A stretch of 64,000 bases of DNA from Nitrospinia bacterium (GCA_029261715.1 JAJDAT010000032.1:10575-74574), one strand, 5' to 3'; positions 26,761 to 36,007 are shown, counted from the stretch's first letter. A program made the numbers and translations. Notes: generated by a model from the letters alone, not told the origin.

Positions 26761-27321
26761 TCAGCGTTCCAATCCCAACCGCCTGAATGATTCCGTTAAA
26801 GTTGAGGGGGCACAATTCATTTTTTGGGCTAGTTTTGAGAGGGTGATTTTTCCCTGTGCAAGTTCAGCGTGGGCGTTTCTGATTTCTTCGTCCGAGAATT
26901 TTAAAGGCCGGCCGACATGCACACCACGCCGCCTTGCGGCTTCCATACCTTCTTTCGTGCGTTTGATGAGGTTCTTCCGCTCGAACTGCGCGAACGCGGC
27001 CATGACGGTATAGAGCAATTCTCCTGCCGGGGTGGCGGTATCCACATTAAGGGTCACGATTTGAAAATTTACGCCGCGTTCGCGTAATTTTTCTGCCTCT
27101 AATAACGCATCTAATGTAGAGCGGAAGGCGCGGTCTAAATCCCACACCACCAGAGTATCGCCCCGTTTTAGCTTCCTGATAATCTTTTGAAAGACGGGCT
27201 TTTTTTTGGCCGTCGCAGAAAGCCTCTCTATATGAATTTCATCACAGAGAGATTTTAAACCGTCAATTTGACGGTCCGGCTTTTGTTCTTCGGTCGATAC
27301 GCGCAAATACCCTATTTTCAT
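26761..27321 (-). CDS. Small serine recombinase (resolvase/invertase family)
   Basis: 186 aa. MKIGYLRVSTEEQKPDRQ contains the catalytic Ser motif. C-terminal HTH. Confidence 0.88.
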   Translation of the reverse strand: MKIGYLRVSTEEQKPDRQIDGLKSLCDEIHIERLSATAKKKPVFQKIIRKLKRGDTLVVWDLDRAFRSTLDALLEAEKLRERGVNFQIVTLNVDTATPAGELLYTVMAAFAQFERKNLIKRTKEGMEAARRRGVHVGRPLKFSDEEIRNAHAELAQGKITLSKLAQKMNCAPSTLTESFRRLGLER

Positions 27322-27381
27322 CGAACCCCCTTTTTAAACACCAACAGCTTTTTTCAAGAAAAAAGCCGCCAAAATGATAAA

Positions 27382-27395
27382 AAAGGGAGCCCTTT
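27382..27395. repeat. Palindromic recombinase-type site, left (AAAGGG-AG-CCCTTT)
   Basis: Inverted half-sites flank a central AG, 61 nt upstream of the serine recombinase start. Confidence 0.5.
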
Positions 27396-27500
27396 AAAAA
27401 AGGCTCAAAATTATTAAAAAATCCTCAATCCCAACACTATAATGACGTGAAAACATTAGTATTTCCTTAATTAACCATATTATTATGGGAATAACAAGAG

Positions 27501-27512
27501 AAGGGCTCCCTT
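27501..27512. repeat. Palindromic recombinase-type site, right (AAGGG-CT-CCCTT)
   Basis: Exact reverse complement of the 12-nt core at 27383-27394, with the central dinucleotide inverted (CT versus AG). About 20 nt upstream of ATG 27532. Confidence 0.5.
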
Positions 27513-27531
27513 GTCCGTAGGGGGTTTTCTC

Positions 27532-27909
27532 ATGTTCAACAAAGTTTTAACACCGTTTGTTTCCTACTTTTGTAGCGCAGTATTGAGCTTGTGTTTTATT
27601 GTCTTTCCTCTATCCGCTCATGCGGAAAATCAACCTCAAAATTTTCATACCGACTGGTTTTTAAAAAGCTCAGAGTCTGCCAGAACATGGTGGTATATGG
27701 GCGCGTTTTCTCTCATGGGTTTCATTGTTTCCCAAAGCGATGAGAAACGCGGGGCGTGTATTTTGGATTGGTATTTCAAGGAGCCGCAGAAAAAAGAAAA
27801 AATCCTTTTAAAGGCCATGAAAGATAATCCCCGCTTTCCTCCTCCAGCCATTATTACGGGTTTACTTTTTAAAGACTGTGGGAAATTTTCATTGCATGCA
27901 GGGGGTTAG
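27532..27909 (+). CDS. Small secreted hypothetical protein
   Basis: ATG 27532 follows a GGGGG SD-like run. Signal peptide MFNKVLTPFVSYFCSAVLSLCFIVFPLSAHA. Confidence 0.5.
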   Translation: MFNKVLTPFVSYFCSAVLSLCFIVFPLSAHAENQPQNFHTDWFLKSSESARTWWYMGAFSLMGFIVSQSDEKRGACILDWYFKEPQKKEKILLKAMKDNPRFPPPAIITGLLFKDCGKFSLHAGG

Positions 27910-27912
27910 ATT

Positions 27913-28728
27913 TTGAGCAAAGATAAAGAATCCAAAAGACAAACAGATTTTAACCATCTGCAACGCGAGCTTTCGGGGGATGAGGTAAGCCACATTCGCC
28001 GTTTTTTGCCTGAATCAACAACGAAGAAAATGAAACAAAAAAAGAAGCGCGAAGAAGAACGCCGCCTTAGCTTGCTCCGAGCCATGTTGATGAATGATCC
28101 CGAGTATGCCGCGCTGTATTATCAGGTTCAGGACGCTATCATCAAAGCTGAACAAATTGTAAATGAAGCTCTCGCCGATATCGAAAACCGGATTGAAGCG
28201 GCTGAAAATCATCTTGAAAAACTTAAAAGTAAAGCGTCCGTTTTACCCGATGGAAGCCAAGCCTTTCTCTCAAAAGATGGAAAGACAGCCTTCAGAGAAA
28301 ACGGATATCCTCTATCTCAGGAAGAAATCTTATCGGTTCAATGGAACGAAAACAGCCCTGCATGGGAAGACTATAAACAGGCAAATGATGATGTAAACAC
28401 AGCGCATCAAGACAAAATAGCGGCAGAAGATTACCGCGACAACGTTTTGAAACCTATAAAACAAAAGACCAATGATGAAGAAAATCCACCAACAAAAGAG
28501 GAGTTATCGGGGTTTCTTGATGCCTTAAAAATAGATAGAAATTTCTTTAAGAATAAAGCCGATCATGCAAAAACGCCTGAAATACCTTTAAAAACATCGG
28601 CGGCGCAAGAGAGTATGAACGATAGAGATAAAAACACGCTGAATATGACAGCGCATTTTAATATCGCACGAATAGACACGGTAAAACCAACGGGGGATTT
28701 GAACGCTATTCCAAAGCTCGAAGGATAA
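27913..28728 (+). CDS. Hypothetical charged/coiled-coil protein
   Basis: 271-aa ORF with a TTG start. No family recognised. Confidence 0.45.
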   Translation: MSKDKESKRQTDFNHLQRELSGDEVSHIRRFLPESTTKKMKQKKKREEERRLSLLRAMLMNDPEYAALYYQVQDAIIKAEQIVNEALADIENRIEAAENHLEKLKSKASVLPDGSQAFLSKDGKTAFRENGYPLSQEEILSVQWNENSPAWEDYKQANDDVNTAHQDKIAAEDYRDNVLKPIKQKTNDEENPPTKEELSGFLDALKIDRNFFKNKADHAKTPEIPLKTSAAQESMNDRDKNTLNMTAHFNIARIDTVKPTGDLNAIPKLEG

Positions 28729-28955
28729 ATTTTAAATTAAGACTCCACAAAAGGATAGTAATCCTATATGGTGCGTTGAAACTCTCCCCATCTATACCGA
28801 TATTTAATTATTACGAAAACAAATGCAAGGCTTACGTCTTACATTTCTTCACGCTTGTTTCCCGGAATGGAAACGCGCGGGTGATATATATAAGGAAAGT
28901 TTTTATCGCAATTCAAAACGTCCGTGATTATTCACGGCGAGAAAGAAACACGCCT

Positions 28956-29225
28956 ATGCGCTTAGACATTGAAAAATACCGCAAATATGTTGAGGGGTTT
29001 GACCTCACGGAAGAACAAAAAACAGAATTGATAAAATCTGTTTGGACCATCATGGAAAGTTTTGTAGACCGGGCCTTTGGTTTGCACCCGGCGCAACAAT
29101 GCCGGGAGTATTCCCAGCGCGATACTTTACACGCTCGCCGTAAAGCGCCAGAATCAAAGAAGTACCGCGCCCGTCATTCTTTTGAAATCAAAATCGTGCC
29201 TGACGATAAAGAACGGATTCATTAG
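28956..29225 (+). CDS. Small protein immediately upstream of the large serine recombinase (possible regulator/RDF)
   Basis: Track ORF is 28776-29225. ATG 28956 (MRLDIEKYRKYVEGFDLTEEQK...) is preferred. The palindrome CCGTGA-TTAT-TCACGG at 28922-28937 lies just upstream. Confidence 0.4.
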   Translation: MRLDIEKYRKYVEGFDLTEEQKTELIKSVWTIMESFVDRAFGLHPAQQCREYSQRDTLHARRKAPESKKYRARHSFEIKIVPDDKERIH

Positions 29226-29250
29226 CCAAAGCGGCAGGAAGGAAAAAACC

Positions 29251-30864
29251 ATGACAGATACTACACAACAAAGGGCCGTGATTTACTGCCGTGTTTCCAG
29301 CCCATCCCAAGTAGAAAAAGGGGACGGGTTAGGCTCGCAAGAAACGCGGTGTAGAGAATTTGCGAAGCATAAAGGCCACGATATCGTGGAAGTCTTCCGC
29401 GATGAAGGGGCCAGCGGCGGGATGATTGACCGCCCTGCCATGCAGGACATGTTACGGTTTCTTAAAAAGAAAAATCACGAACAAACCGTTGTTATCATCG
29501 ATGATATCAGCCGCCTTGCGCGGGGGTTGGAGGCGCATATACAATTGCGCTATGCCATTAATGATGCGGGAGGTAAGCTGGAATCGCCTTCTATTGAGTT
29601 TGGCGAAGACTCCGACAGTCAGCTCGTAGAAAATTTACTCGCCAGTGTCTCCCAGCATCAACGCCAGAAAAACGCCGAGCAAACAAAGAACCGTATGCGC
29701 TCGCGTATGTTAAATGGCTACTGGGTCTTTCATCCTCCTTTAGGCTATCACTATAAAGACAAGGTGGAAGGGCATGTGGGTAAGCTTCTAGTGAAGAAAG
29801 AGCCTGTGGCCTCGATTGTTCAGGAAGCCTTGGAAGGCTTCGCCTCGGGCCGTTTCGAAAGTCAAAGTGAAGTGGTGCGTTTTCTGGAATCGCAAGCCGC
29901 TTATCCTAAAAACCCTAAAGGCGGCGTTTATATACAGCGTATTATTGAACTCTTCTCACAGCCTTTATACGCTGGTTATATAGATGTTCCCGGTTGGGGC
30001 ATTAATTTCCAGCCCGGCAAGCATGAACCGCTTATCAGCTTTGAAACATGGACTGCGCTGCAAGAACGGCTTAAAACAAAAGCCAAAGCCCCTACACGCA
30101 AAGACATCCATGAAGACTTTCCTTTGCGCGGCTTTGTGACCTGTGTGTGCTGCGATACCCCTATGACCGCTAATTGGTCCACGGGGCGTAAAGTCAAATA
30201 TCCGTATTATCTGTGCCGCACAAGGGACTGCCCCGAAAACGGCAAGTCCATACGCAAAGAAAAGATAGAAGCTGACTTTGAGGCGTTATTAATGCAATTG
30301 CGCCCTTCGCAAAATTTGTTCTTCCTTGCGCTCGAAATGTTTCGGGAGCTATGGGATTCGCGTGCGCAAGGGTCCAAACAAAATACTTTGGCGGCCAAAA
30401 ACAAAATCGTACAAATAGAAAAGAAAGTCGGGCAATTTCTTGATAGGCTTGTCGATACCCAAAGCACGACTTTGGTAAACACGTACGAGAATAAAATCAG
30501 AACGCTGGAAGAAGAAAAAGCGCTTTTGCAGGAAAAAGTAAGGAATTGTGGGCGGCCACTGGATCGTTTTGACGAGACGTTTCGAACCGCTATAACATTC
30601 CTTGCAAACCCGCATCAGCTTTGGGTTTCTGATAGAATGGAAGATAAGCGAGCGGCGTTGAAACTGGTTTTTGCAACCAAATTACCCTATGATCGGAATC
30701 AGGGTTTTCGAACCGCCCAAACCTCGCTCCCCTTCTCACTTTTAAGCGACTTAGAGGGGGGCAAGTCCGAAATGGTGCCGAAGAGAGGACTCGAACCTCC
30801 ACAGGATTGCTCCCACATGAACCTGAATCATGCGCGTCTACCAATTCCGCCACTTCGGCAATAA
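29251..30864 (+). CDS. Large serine recombinase (integrase)
   Basis: ATG 29251 follows AGGAAGGA. Catalytic N-terminus AVIYCRVSSPSQ, recombinase domain, zinc-ribbon CVCCDTPM...YYLCRTRDC, and a coiled-coil-like region. The last roughly 31 codons are antisense to tRNA-Leu. Confidence 0.85.
   Translation: MTDTTQQRAVIYCRVSSPSQVEKGDGLGSQETRCREFAKHKGHDIVEVFRDEGASGGMIDRPAMQDMLRFLKKKNHEQTVVIIDDISRLARGLEAHIQLRYAINDAGGKLESPSIEFGEDSDSQLVENLLASVSQHQRQKNAEQTKNRMRSRMLNGYWVFHPPLGYHYKDKVEGHVGKLLVKKEPVASIVQEALEGFASGRFESQSEVVRFLESQAAYPKNPKGGVYIQRIIELFSQPLYAGYIDVPGWGINFQPGKHEPLISFETWTALQERLKTKAKAPTRKDIHEDFPLRGFVTCVCCDTPMTANWSTGRKVKYPYYLCRTRDCPENGKSIRKEKIEADFEALLMQLRPSQNLFFLALEMFRELWDSRAQGSKQNTLAAKNKIVQIEKKVGQFLDRLVDTQSTTLVNTYENKIRTLEEEKALLQEKVRNCGRPLDRFDETFRTAITFLANPHQLWVSDRMEDKRAALKLVFATKLPYDRNQGFRTAQTSLPFSLLSDLEGGKSEMVPKRGLEPPQDCSHMNLNHARLPIPPLRQ
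30773..30859 (-). tRNA. tRNA-Leu (anticodon CAG), CCA encoded
   Basis: Reverse complement is GCCGAAGTGGCGGAATTGGTAGACGCGCATGATTCAGGTTCATGTGGGAGCAATCCTGTGGAGGTTCGAGTCCTCTCTTCGGCACCA. It has a 7-bp acceptor stem, anticodon loop TTCAGGT, a long variable arm and a T-loop TTCGAGT. Confidence 0.93.
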
Positions 30865-31174
30865 CAATTTCTACAAAAAATTCAAAAAGAATAGGGATTT
30901 TAAACTATTTAGGTCATTTGAAAAAATTAATCTATAATTTTTCAGAATAGTAATTAAAATTTAATATTTTTTCAACCGCTTAAAATGTCTAAGCGCTCTA
31001 CCAATAATTATTACAATATATACCAAAAACGTTTCTGATCTATTTTCTATTCTTAACCAATTTAAATTCCTTCTAAATAATTTAGAAAAATTCAAAACTA
31101 CAACCCAATACAGGGTTAAAAATCCAAAAATATATACATAGTTATTTTCCTCTCGCTGATTTGAAAGCGCTTCT

Positions 31175-33115
31175 ATGTTTGAACTAAAAAATATTTTCAG
31201 ATTCTTAAAATTATCAATTGGTAGTTTTATACTTTCATTTCTATTTTTTGAGATATTTGTCAGAATTTTTTTACCACAAAAAATTGAACCCAGTTTATAT
31301 ACTTATAAATTTGGGACTTTCATTAATCAACATAAAGCAAATATTCAGGAAAAATTATTTTATGAAGGTGTTCCTTATCATTTAAAAATTGATGAACATC
31401 ATTTAAGAAACTTTAAAAAAATTCCATACAAAAAACCTAAGAACACTTTCCGTATTTTATCTCTGGGAGACTCAATATTAAAAGGACCTGGATTAGAAGT
31501 TGAGGAAACTTTTGCATTTTATTTAGACAAAACCCTTAATAGCCAAGAATCCAAGATAAAATATGACGTCGTTAACGCCGCGATGGGGGGAGCAAATTTC
31601 TTAGACTATATTTTGTTTTTGAAAAACGAAGGCTATAAATACTCGCCCGACCTTATTCTACTGACTCTTTCAAATTATGATTTTGGCCCTGGGAATTGGG
31701 ATAGCTTTGAGTTTGAAACCATTTCGGCAAAAAAAATACCTCCTAAGGAAATACAAATTACGCTGACTAATCCAAAAATCATCGTTCCCAGGCATTTTTT
31801 TAATAAGCTCATGTTATCGGTTGGTGAAATTTCTTTCTATACTGAGCTCTCTAAAGTTTCACACTTTTTAAATCTAATTCGATTAAAGGCAAACTTTCTA
31901 TCATTAAAAAAGAAAAAAAAACCGTTAGACGATCTGGATCAATTTTTAACAAATTACAACCTATTAAAGGAAGGAGAAAAAGTAAAAGACTTTCGATTAA
32001 AGTGGGTATTTGAGGATCATCAATTTTATGAAAATCATCTTCGTTCTAAACCTTTAACTTCGGCCCTATTTTCCAAAGCAGCGACAATCTTATCCGAAAC
32101 GGCAAATCAAACTGGAGCAAAATTAGCGATACTGGATTTACCAGAGGACGAGGAGGTTTTTGGGGAACCTAGTCTAACAACAACTATTAAATTTCCAAAT
32201 AAATTAAGTAATAATCAGTTAAATCTCCTAGATCCCATACGAAGGTTTTTGACAAAAAACCAGTTTCCTTTAAATATTCCAAACGACCCGCATTGGAGTC
32301 CAGCAGGGCATTATCTAGCGGCATTGTTAACTTATAATTTTCTTTTAGAAAACAAACTCATTCCTGAAGAAGATTTATTACAAAAAACAAAGATAGATTT
32401 AAACGATCCTAAAATCATTGAACGAATTGAAAATTCAAACAAGCGAGTAGATCCCTATGTTAATAATCTTAAAGATCAATTTTATCTAAAGGGATTTATA
32501 GCCAAAAACCAAGGTCTAACGGAATCCGCTATACAAAATTTTAAGCGGTATCTGGAGCTTAAAAACGATGAACAAATTGAATATTTACTAGCAACCTTAT
32601 ATTTAAAAAAAGGCGAACCAAATAACGCTTACCTTCATTTTAAAAAAATGGAACAGTCAAATAATCCCTCGCACCTTGAGAAATTAGGATTAACCTTTTA
32701 TGCATTAAAAAATTACAAAAAAGCTATACAAGTTCTTCAAAGAGCACAAAGTATGGGAAATACATCTACGGAAGTAATTAACATGATTGGTCTTTGCTTT
32801 TATTATCTCAAGAATTTTTTGGAATCGGAGAGGTACTTATTAGAGGCGGTAAGAAAAGACCCTTTTTATTCGGGAAATTTAGCTAGTCTTTACTTCGACA
32901 ACGGATATTTTGAAAAGGCAATCAATCAATATAAACAGGCGCTAATCCAAAATCCCAATAGCTTTAAAATGCATTATGTAGCTGGACTTGCTTATTTAAA
33001 ATTAGATGATTTGGAACGAGCGGAGAAAATGTTTTTAAACGCCCAACAAATTCAACCAGAAAATAAAGACGCCCAATCAATTCTGGATCAACTACAAGCT
33101 CGGAAAAAGAAATAA
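31175..33115 (+). CDS. Membrane-anchored SGNH-like hydrolase fused to TPR repeats
   Basis: 646 aa. N-terminal TM helix, FRILSLGDSILKG (SGNH block I), and C-terminal TPR-like repeats (YLKGFIAKNQG...AINQYKQALIQNPN...). Confidence 0.6.
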   Translation: MFELKNIFRFLKLSIGSFILSFLFFEIFVRIFLPQKIEPSLYTYKFGTFINQHKANIQEKLFYEGVPYHLKIDEHHLRNFKKIPYKKPKNTFRILSLGDSILKGPGLEVEETFAFYLDKTLNSQESKIKYDVVNAAMGGANFLDYILFLKNEGYKYSPDLILLTLSNYDFGPGNWDSFEFETISAKKIPPKEIQITLTNPKIIVPRHFFNKLMLSVGEISFYTELSKVSHFLNLIRLKANFLSLKKKKKPLDDLDQFLTNYNLLKEGEKVKDFRLKWVFEDHQFYENHLRSKPLTSALFSKAATILSETANQTGAKLAILDLPEDEEVFGEPSLTTTIKFPNKLSNNQLNLLDPIRRFLTKNQFPLNIPNDPHWSPAGHYLAALLTYNFLLENKLIPEEDLLQKTKIDLNDPKIIERIENSNKRVDPYVNNLKDQFYLKGFIAKNQGLTESAIQNFKRYLELKNDEQIEYLLATLYLKKGEPNNAYLHFKKMEQSNNPSHLEKLGLTFYALKNYKKAIQVLQRAQSMGNTSTEVINMIGLCFYYLKNFLESERYLLEAVRKDPFYSGNLASLYFDNGYFEKAINQYKQALIQNPNSFKMHYVAGLAYLKLDDLERAEKMFLNAQQIQPENKDAQSILDQLQARKKK

Positions 33116-33142
33116 AATATTGAGTTTCAATTTTTTATCGAA

Positions 33143-35980
33143 TCAACAATTTGGTTTATTAAATCCGCCATTATCCAGAAAATCGCCTAAAACTGACGCC
33201 TGATTTCCTTGATCGCGATTTACAGCTATTCTAACTAGCTCTAAAGGAGTAGCATCCGGAAAAGCGCCGGGAAGTGCCCTATTCCTTGGAAGATCGGGTA
33301 ATTCATCAGGAAGCTCTCCAGGTTCCTCTTGTTCTGGAACACCTGGAAGATCGTCATTAAAAAGCTTTGGAAACAAAGTCTCAAGTAATTCTTCTAAACT
33401 AGTGAAGGTTGTTGTTCGAGTAGTGGGATTATAATTTCCACCATTGGTAATAATATTACTTGGACTGGCGCCTGAGGGAGAAATAGTATTTCCTGTTATA
33501 TTTACGTTACCACCTTGCGTTCTAATAAAACTATCAGAGCTTAAATTAAACCCTCCGCCATTAAGTCGATCAGAGTCGGCGAGAGCGGTAAATGTTGCAT
33601 TAAATCCAGAAACGTGGGCTTCTATACTGGAACCTGAAGTGAGACTGATATTTTCTTTTGCCGCTAATGAAAAATCATTATGAAAAACAATATTGGAGCC
33701 AATACCGAAGATATCGTCGCCGGACACAAAATTAGTTTTTTTATGTCCTAAATCAAGGTCGCCAAATTTAATGAAACCCGAGTTGAGAGCTCCCACATTT
33801 AACATTTTTCCCTTTAATGAAATAATTTCAGCTTGAGAGAGATTAATGTTACATCCTGGGGTCGCTATACATATCGTTTTGCCAGGAGTTTTTGGCAATA
33901 AAGAAATCGTTCCGCCACTTGGACCGTTTATGAAAGAAAAAGTACCAGTCACAATGGAAGTCGGAACGCCAAAAATATTACCGCCACTAGGAGTAAAACC
34001 AAATAATAAATTAAAACCATCAGCCGTAACCGTAGCGTTGCCGCCTGCGGTTGCTACGGTAACATTTGAACTTTGGTTGTAAGTTCCCGTTCCTGCATCG
34101 GCCGAAAATTTCTTGCCGCCAGTTGCGATATCTCCAAGAACGTTTATTCCAACACCTGTCAAACTAATTGCGGCGCCTCCTGAATTCATAGGACCCGTGG
34201 ACAAAGTACTTCCCGCAGCAAAGCTAATCGTCCCGCCTCTCGACATAATCTGTTGAGATGCAGTGAGAGTGGAACCTGCCGTTAAGCTAATATTACCGCC
34301 ATTAGAATCCAGTTTACCTAAGGTCAAAGCGCCGCCAGCAATAAAATTAATCGCCCCGCCCTGAGTTCGAAGCAGGTCGTTGGTGTCGTTAAAAGTAATG
34401 GCTCCATTTGTTGTTCGAAAGGTAGCTGAATTATTCGAAGTTGTTTGTAGATCAAATACATTGTCGGCTAAATCTTGAAAGGTGATTGTATTATTAGCTT
34501 GCAATACAATGTCATTAGTTGCATTCAATGCTTCTAAGGCCGCTACGGATATATTAAAAGTTCCCGATCCATCGGCAAAAAGAATCACATGATCTCCGGA
34601 AATTTGGGTATCTCCGGGATCTGACAGTGCATCTTTAATGACGATATTGTCCGGATCTAGAAGCAAAGTTCCCGTTTTACCATTAACGGCAGTGGTTATA
34701 ACCTCACCGTTAAAATCTAAAAATTGTTTACCAGATACTTCTACAAAACCTCCGTCTCCAGAATTGGCGCCGCCTTTCGCTTCGATAGCTCCAAAAAATC
34801 GTGTTGTATCGTCGGCCCAGTAAATTACCCGACCGCCATTGCCGCTGGTAATAGCGTTAGCTTTAACGATTGTGCCTGAACCAGCAGCCGTAATCGAAGC
34901 ATTTTGAACCGATCCTTTTCCCTGATAATCTCCGCCGATCAAAACCTCGCCACCACCTTGATCGCCAGAAACATCTATCATAGCGGTTCCAAATTGCCCT
35001 ACCTTATCGCCTAAGATATGAACGGTACCTCCGGTTTCTCCTGAGTCAGTTCCTGAAGCGTCTAAAGTTCCTTCGTTAGTCGCGGTTCCATTCGGTCCTG
35101 CTTCCAAATAAATAGCGCCATTTCTTTTAGAAACCGATTGCGCTCGAATAACACCCGTATTATTAACCACCGACCGAATCATTTTTTGCGCCGTATGCGC
35201 AGTCAACAGAACCTTTCCGCCATCTGCTTGGATTGTTCCGGAATTGAAAGCGCCATTCTCTATAGTATTTCCATCCTTATCCACAAACGAACCATCCACC
35301 GATTCCGTGATTGCAAAGTTGATCAAACCGTCACCTGAGAAATCCATGGTCGCCGCTTTACCTGAACCCAATGCAATCGATCCTAGGTTTGCCATCAACA
35401 TGCCTCGGTTTTCGGCGCGTGGCCCTAACAACCCGATATAACCGGAAGCGTTTATTTGTCCTTCGTTTATCACAGAAGCTAAAGGTTTAGACGGGTCTTG
35501 AGTAAAGCGATAATTACGATTCAAAAAATCTTGATCGGAAATTTGCAACGACGTTGCCATCAAGCTGCCAACATTAATGATAGAGTTTGGACCAAAAAAC
35601 ACTCCCGAGGGATTGGTTATAAAAATTTGTCCGTTGGCATTGAGCTTCCCTAAGATCGCTGTCGGGTCTTGACCAATCACTCTATTCAACGCAACCGAAT
35701 TAGAATTTGGTTGATTGAACTGCACCGATTCAGATTGACCAATATTAAACCCCTGCCAATTGGTTATCATTTGATTCGACGATTGATTTATCACCATATT
35801 TTGGGCGTTTGGTTGTTGGATATTTCCATTTCCCGCTACGATTTGGCCGTCTTGCGGCAACGCAAACAGCAAAGCTGGAAAATAACTCATCAAGAAAATC
35901 AAAAACCCAACCCAAAATGGAACCAAATAAGTTGGTAATGGCTTAATAAATTTAGAATCGTTTTTAATATTCATAGTCAA
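33143..35980 (-). CDS. TpsA-like exoprotein (filamentous haemagglutinin N-terminal/TPS domain), 945 aa
   Basis: Extended signal peptide. TPS domain NQMITNWQGFNIGQSESVQFNQPNSNSVALNRVIG...NGQIFITNPSGVFFG, a beta-helical Gly/Asn/Thr-rich body, and a GDGGFVEVSGK module. Confidence 0.9.
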   Translation of the reverse strand: MTMNIKNDSKFIKPLPTYLVPFWVGFLIFLMSYFPALLFALPQDGQIVAGNGNIQQPNAQNMVINQSSNQMITNWQGFNIGQSESVQFNQPNSNSVALNRVIGQDPTAILGKLNANGQIFITNPSGVFFGPNSIINVGSLMATSLQISDQDFLNRNYRFTQDPSKPLASVINEGQINASGYIGLLGPRAENRGMLMANLGSIALGSGKAATMDFSGDGLINFAITESVDGSFVDKDGNTIENGAFNSGTIQADGGKVLLTAHTAQKMIRSVVNNTGVIRAQSVSKRNGAIYLEAGPNGTATNEGTLDASGTDSGETGGTVHILGDKVGQFGTAMIDVSGDQGGGEVLIGGDYQGKGSVQNASITAAGSGTIVKANAITSGNGGRVIYWADDTTRFFGAIEAKGGANSGDGGFVEVSGKQFLDFNGEVITTAVNGKTGTLLLDPDNIVIKDALSDPGDTQISGDHVILFADGSGTFNISVAALEALNATNDIVLQANNTITFQDLADNVFDLQTTSNNSATFRTTNGAITFNDTNDLLRTQGGAINFIAGGALTLGKLDSNGGNISLTAGSTLTASQQIMSRGGTISFAAGSTLSTGPMNSGGAAISLTGVGINVLGDIATGGKKFSADAGTGTYNQSSNVTVATAGGNATVTADGFNLLFGFTPSGGNIFGVPTSIVTGTFSFINGPSGGTISLLPKTPGKTICIATPGCNINLSQAEIISLKGKMLNVGALNSGFIKFGDLDLGHKKTNFVSGDDIFGIGSNIVFHNDFSLAAKENISLTSGSSIEAHVSGFNATFTALADSDRLNGGGFNLSSDSFIRTQGGNVNITGNTISPSGASPSNIITNGGNYNPTTRTTTFTSLEELLETLFPKLFNDDLPGVPEQEEPGELPDELPDLPRNRALPGAFPDATPLELVRIAVNRDQGNQASVLGDFLDNGGFNKPNC

Positions 35981-36007
35981 AACCCAAAGGGTTAAAGTTT
36001 TTATTTT

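Larger units (their letters stand above)
20230..30772. mobile_element. Integrated mobilizable element next to tRNA-Leu (left end approximate)
   Basis: Block bounded on the right by the 3' end of tRNA-Leu. It carries mobC+relaxase, parDE, a small and a large serine recombinase, and much of it is visibly more G+C-rich than the flanks. SGNH-hydrolase paralogs lie on both sides of it. I found no convincing terminal direct repeat. Confidence 0.6.

Noticed and set aside
26645-27013. 122-aa plus-strand ORF.
   Set aside because: It is antisense to the parD and serine recombinase genes and has no domain or start signals.
28776-29250. Upstream extensions of ORFs 28776 and 29077 as given in the track.
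   Set aside because: - The extensions have odd composition and overlap neighbouring features.
- Internal ATGs at 28956 and 29251 (the latter with AGGAAGGA upstream) give N-termini that fit the protein families.
30590-30853. 87-aa minus-strand ORF (MAELVDAHDSGSCGSNPVEVRVLSSAPF...).
   Set aside because: Its N-terminus is simply the translation of the tRNA-Leu gene, a common spurious ORF. The rest is antisense to the serine integrase.
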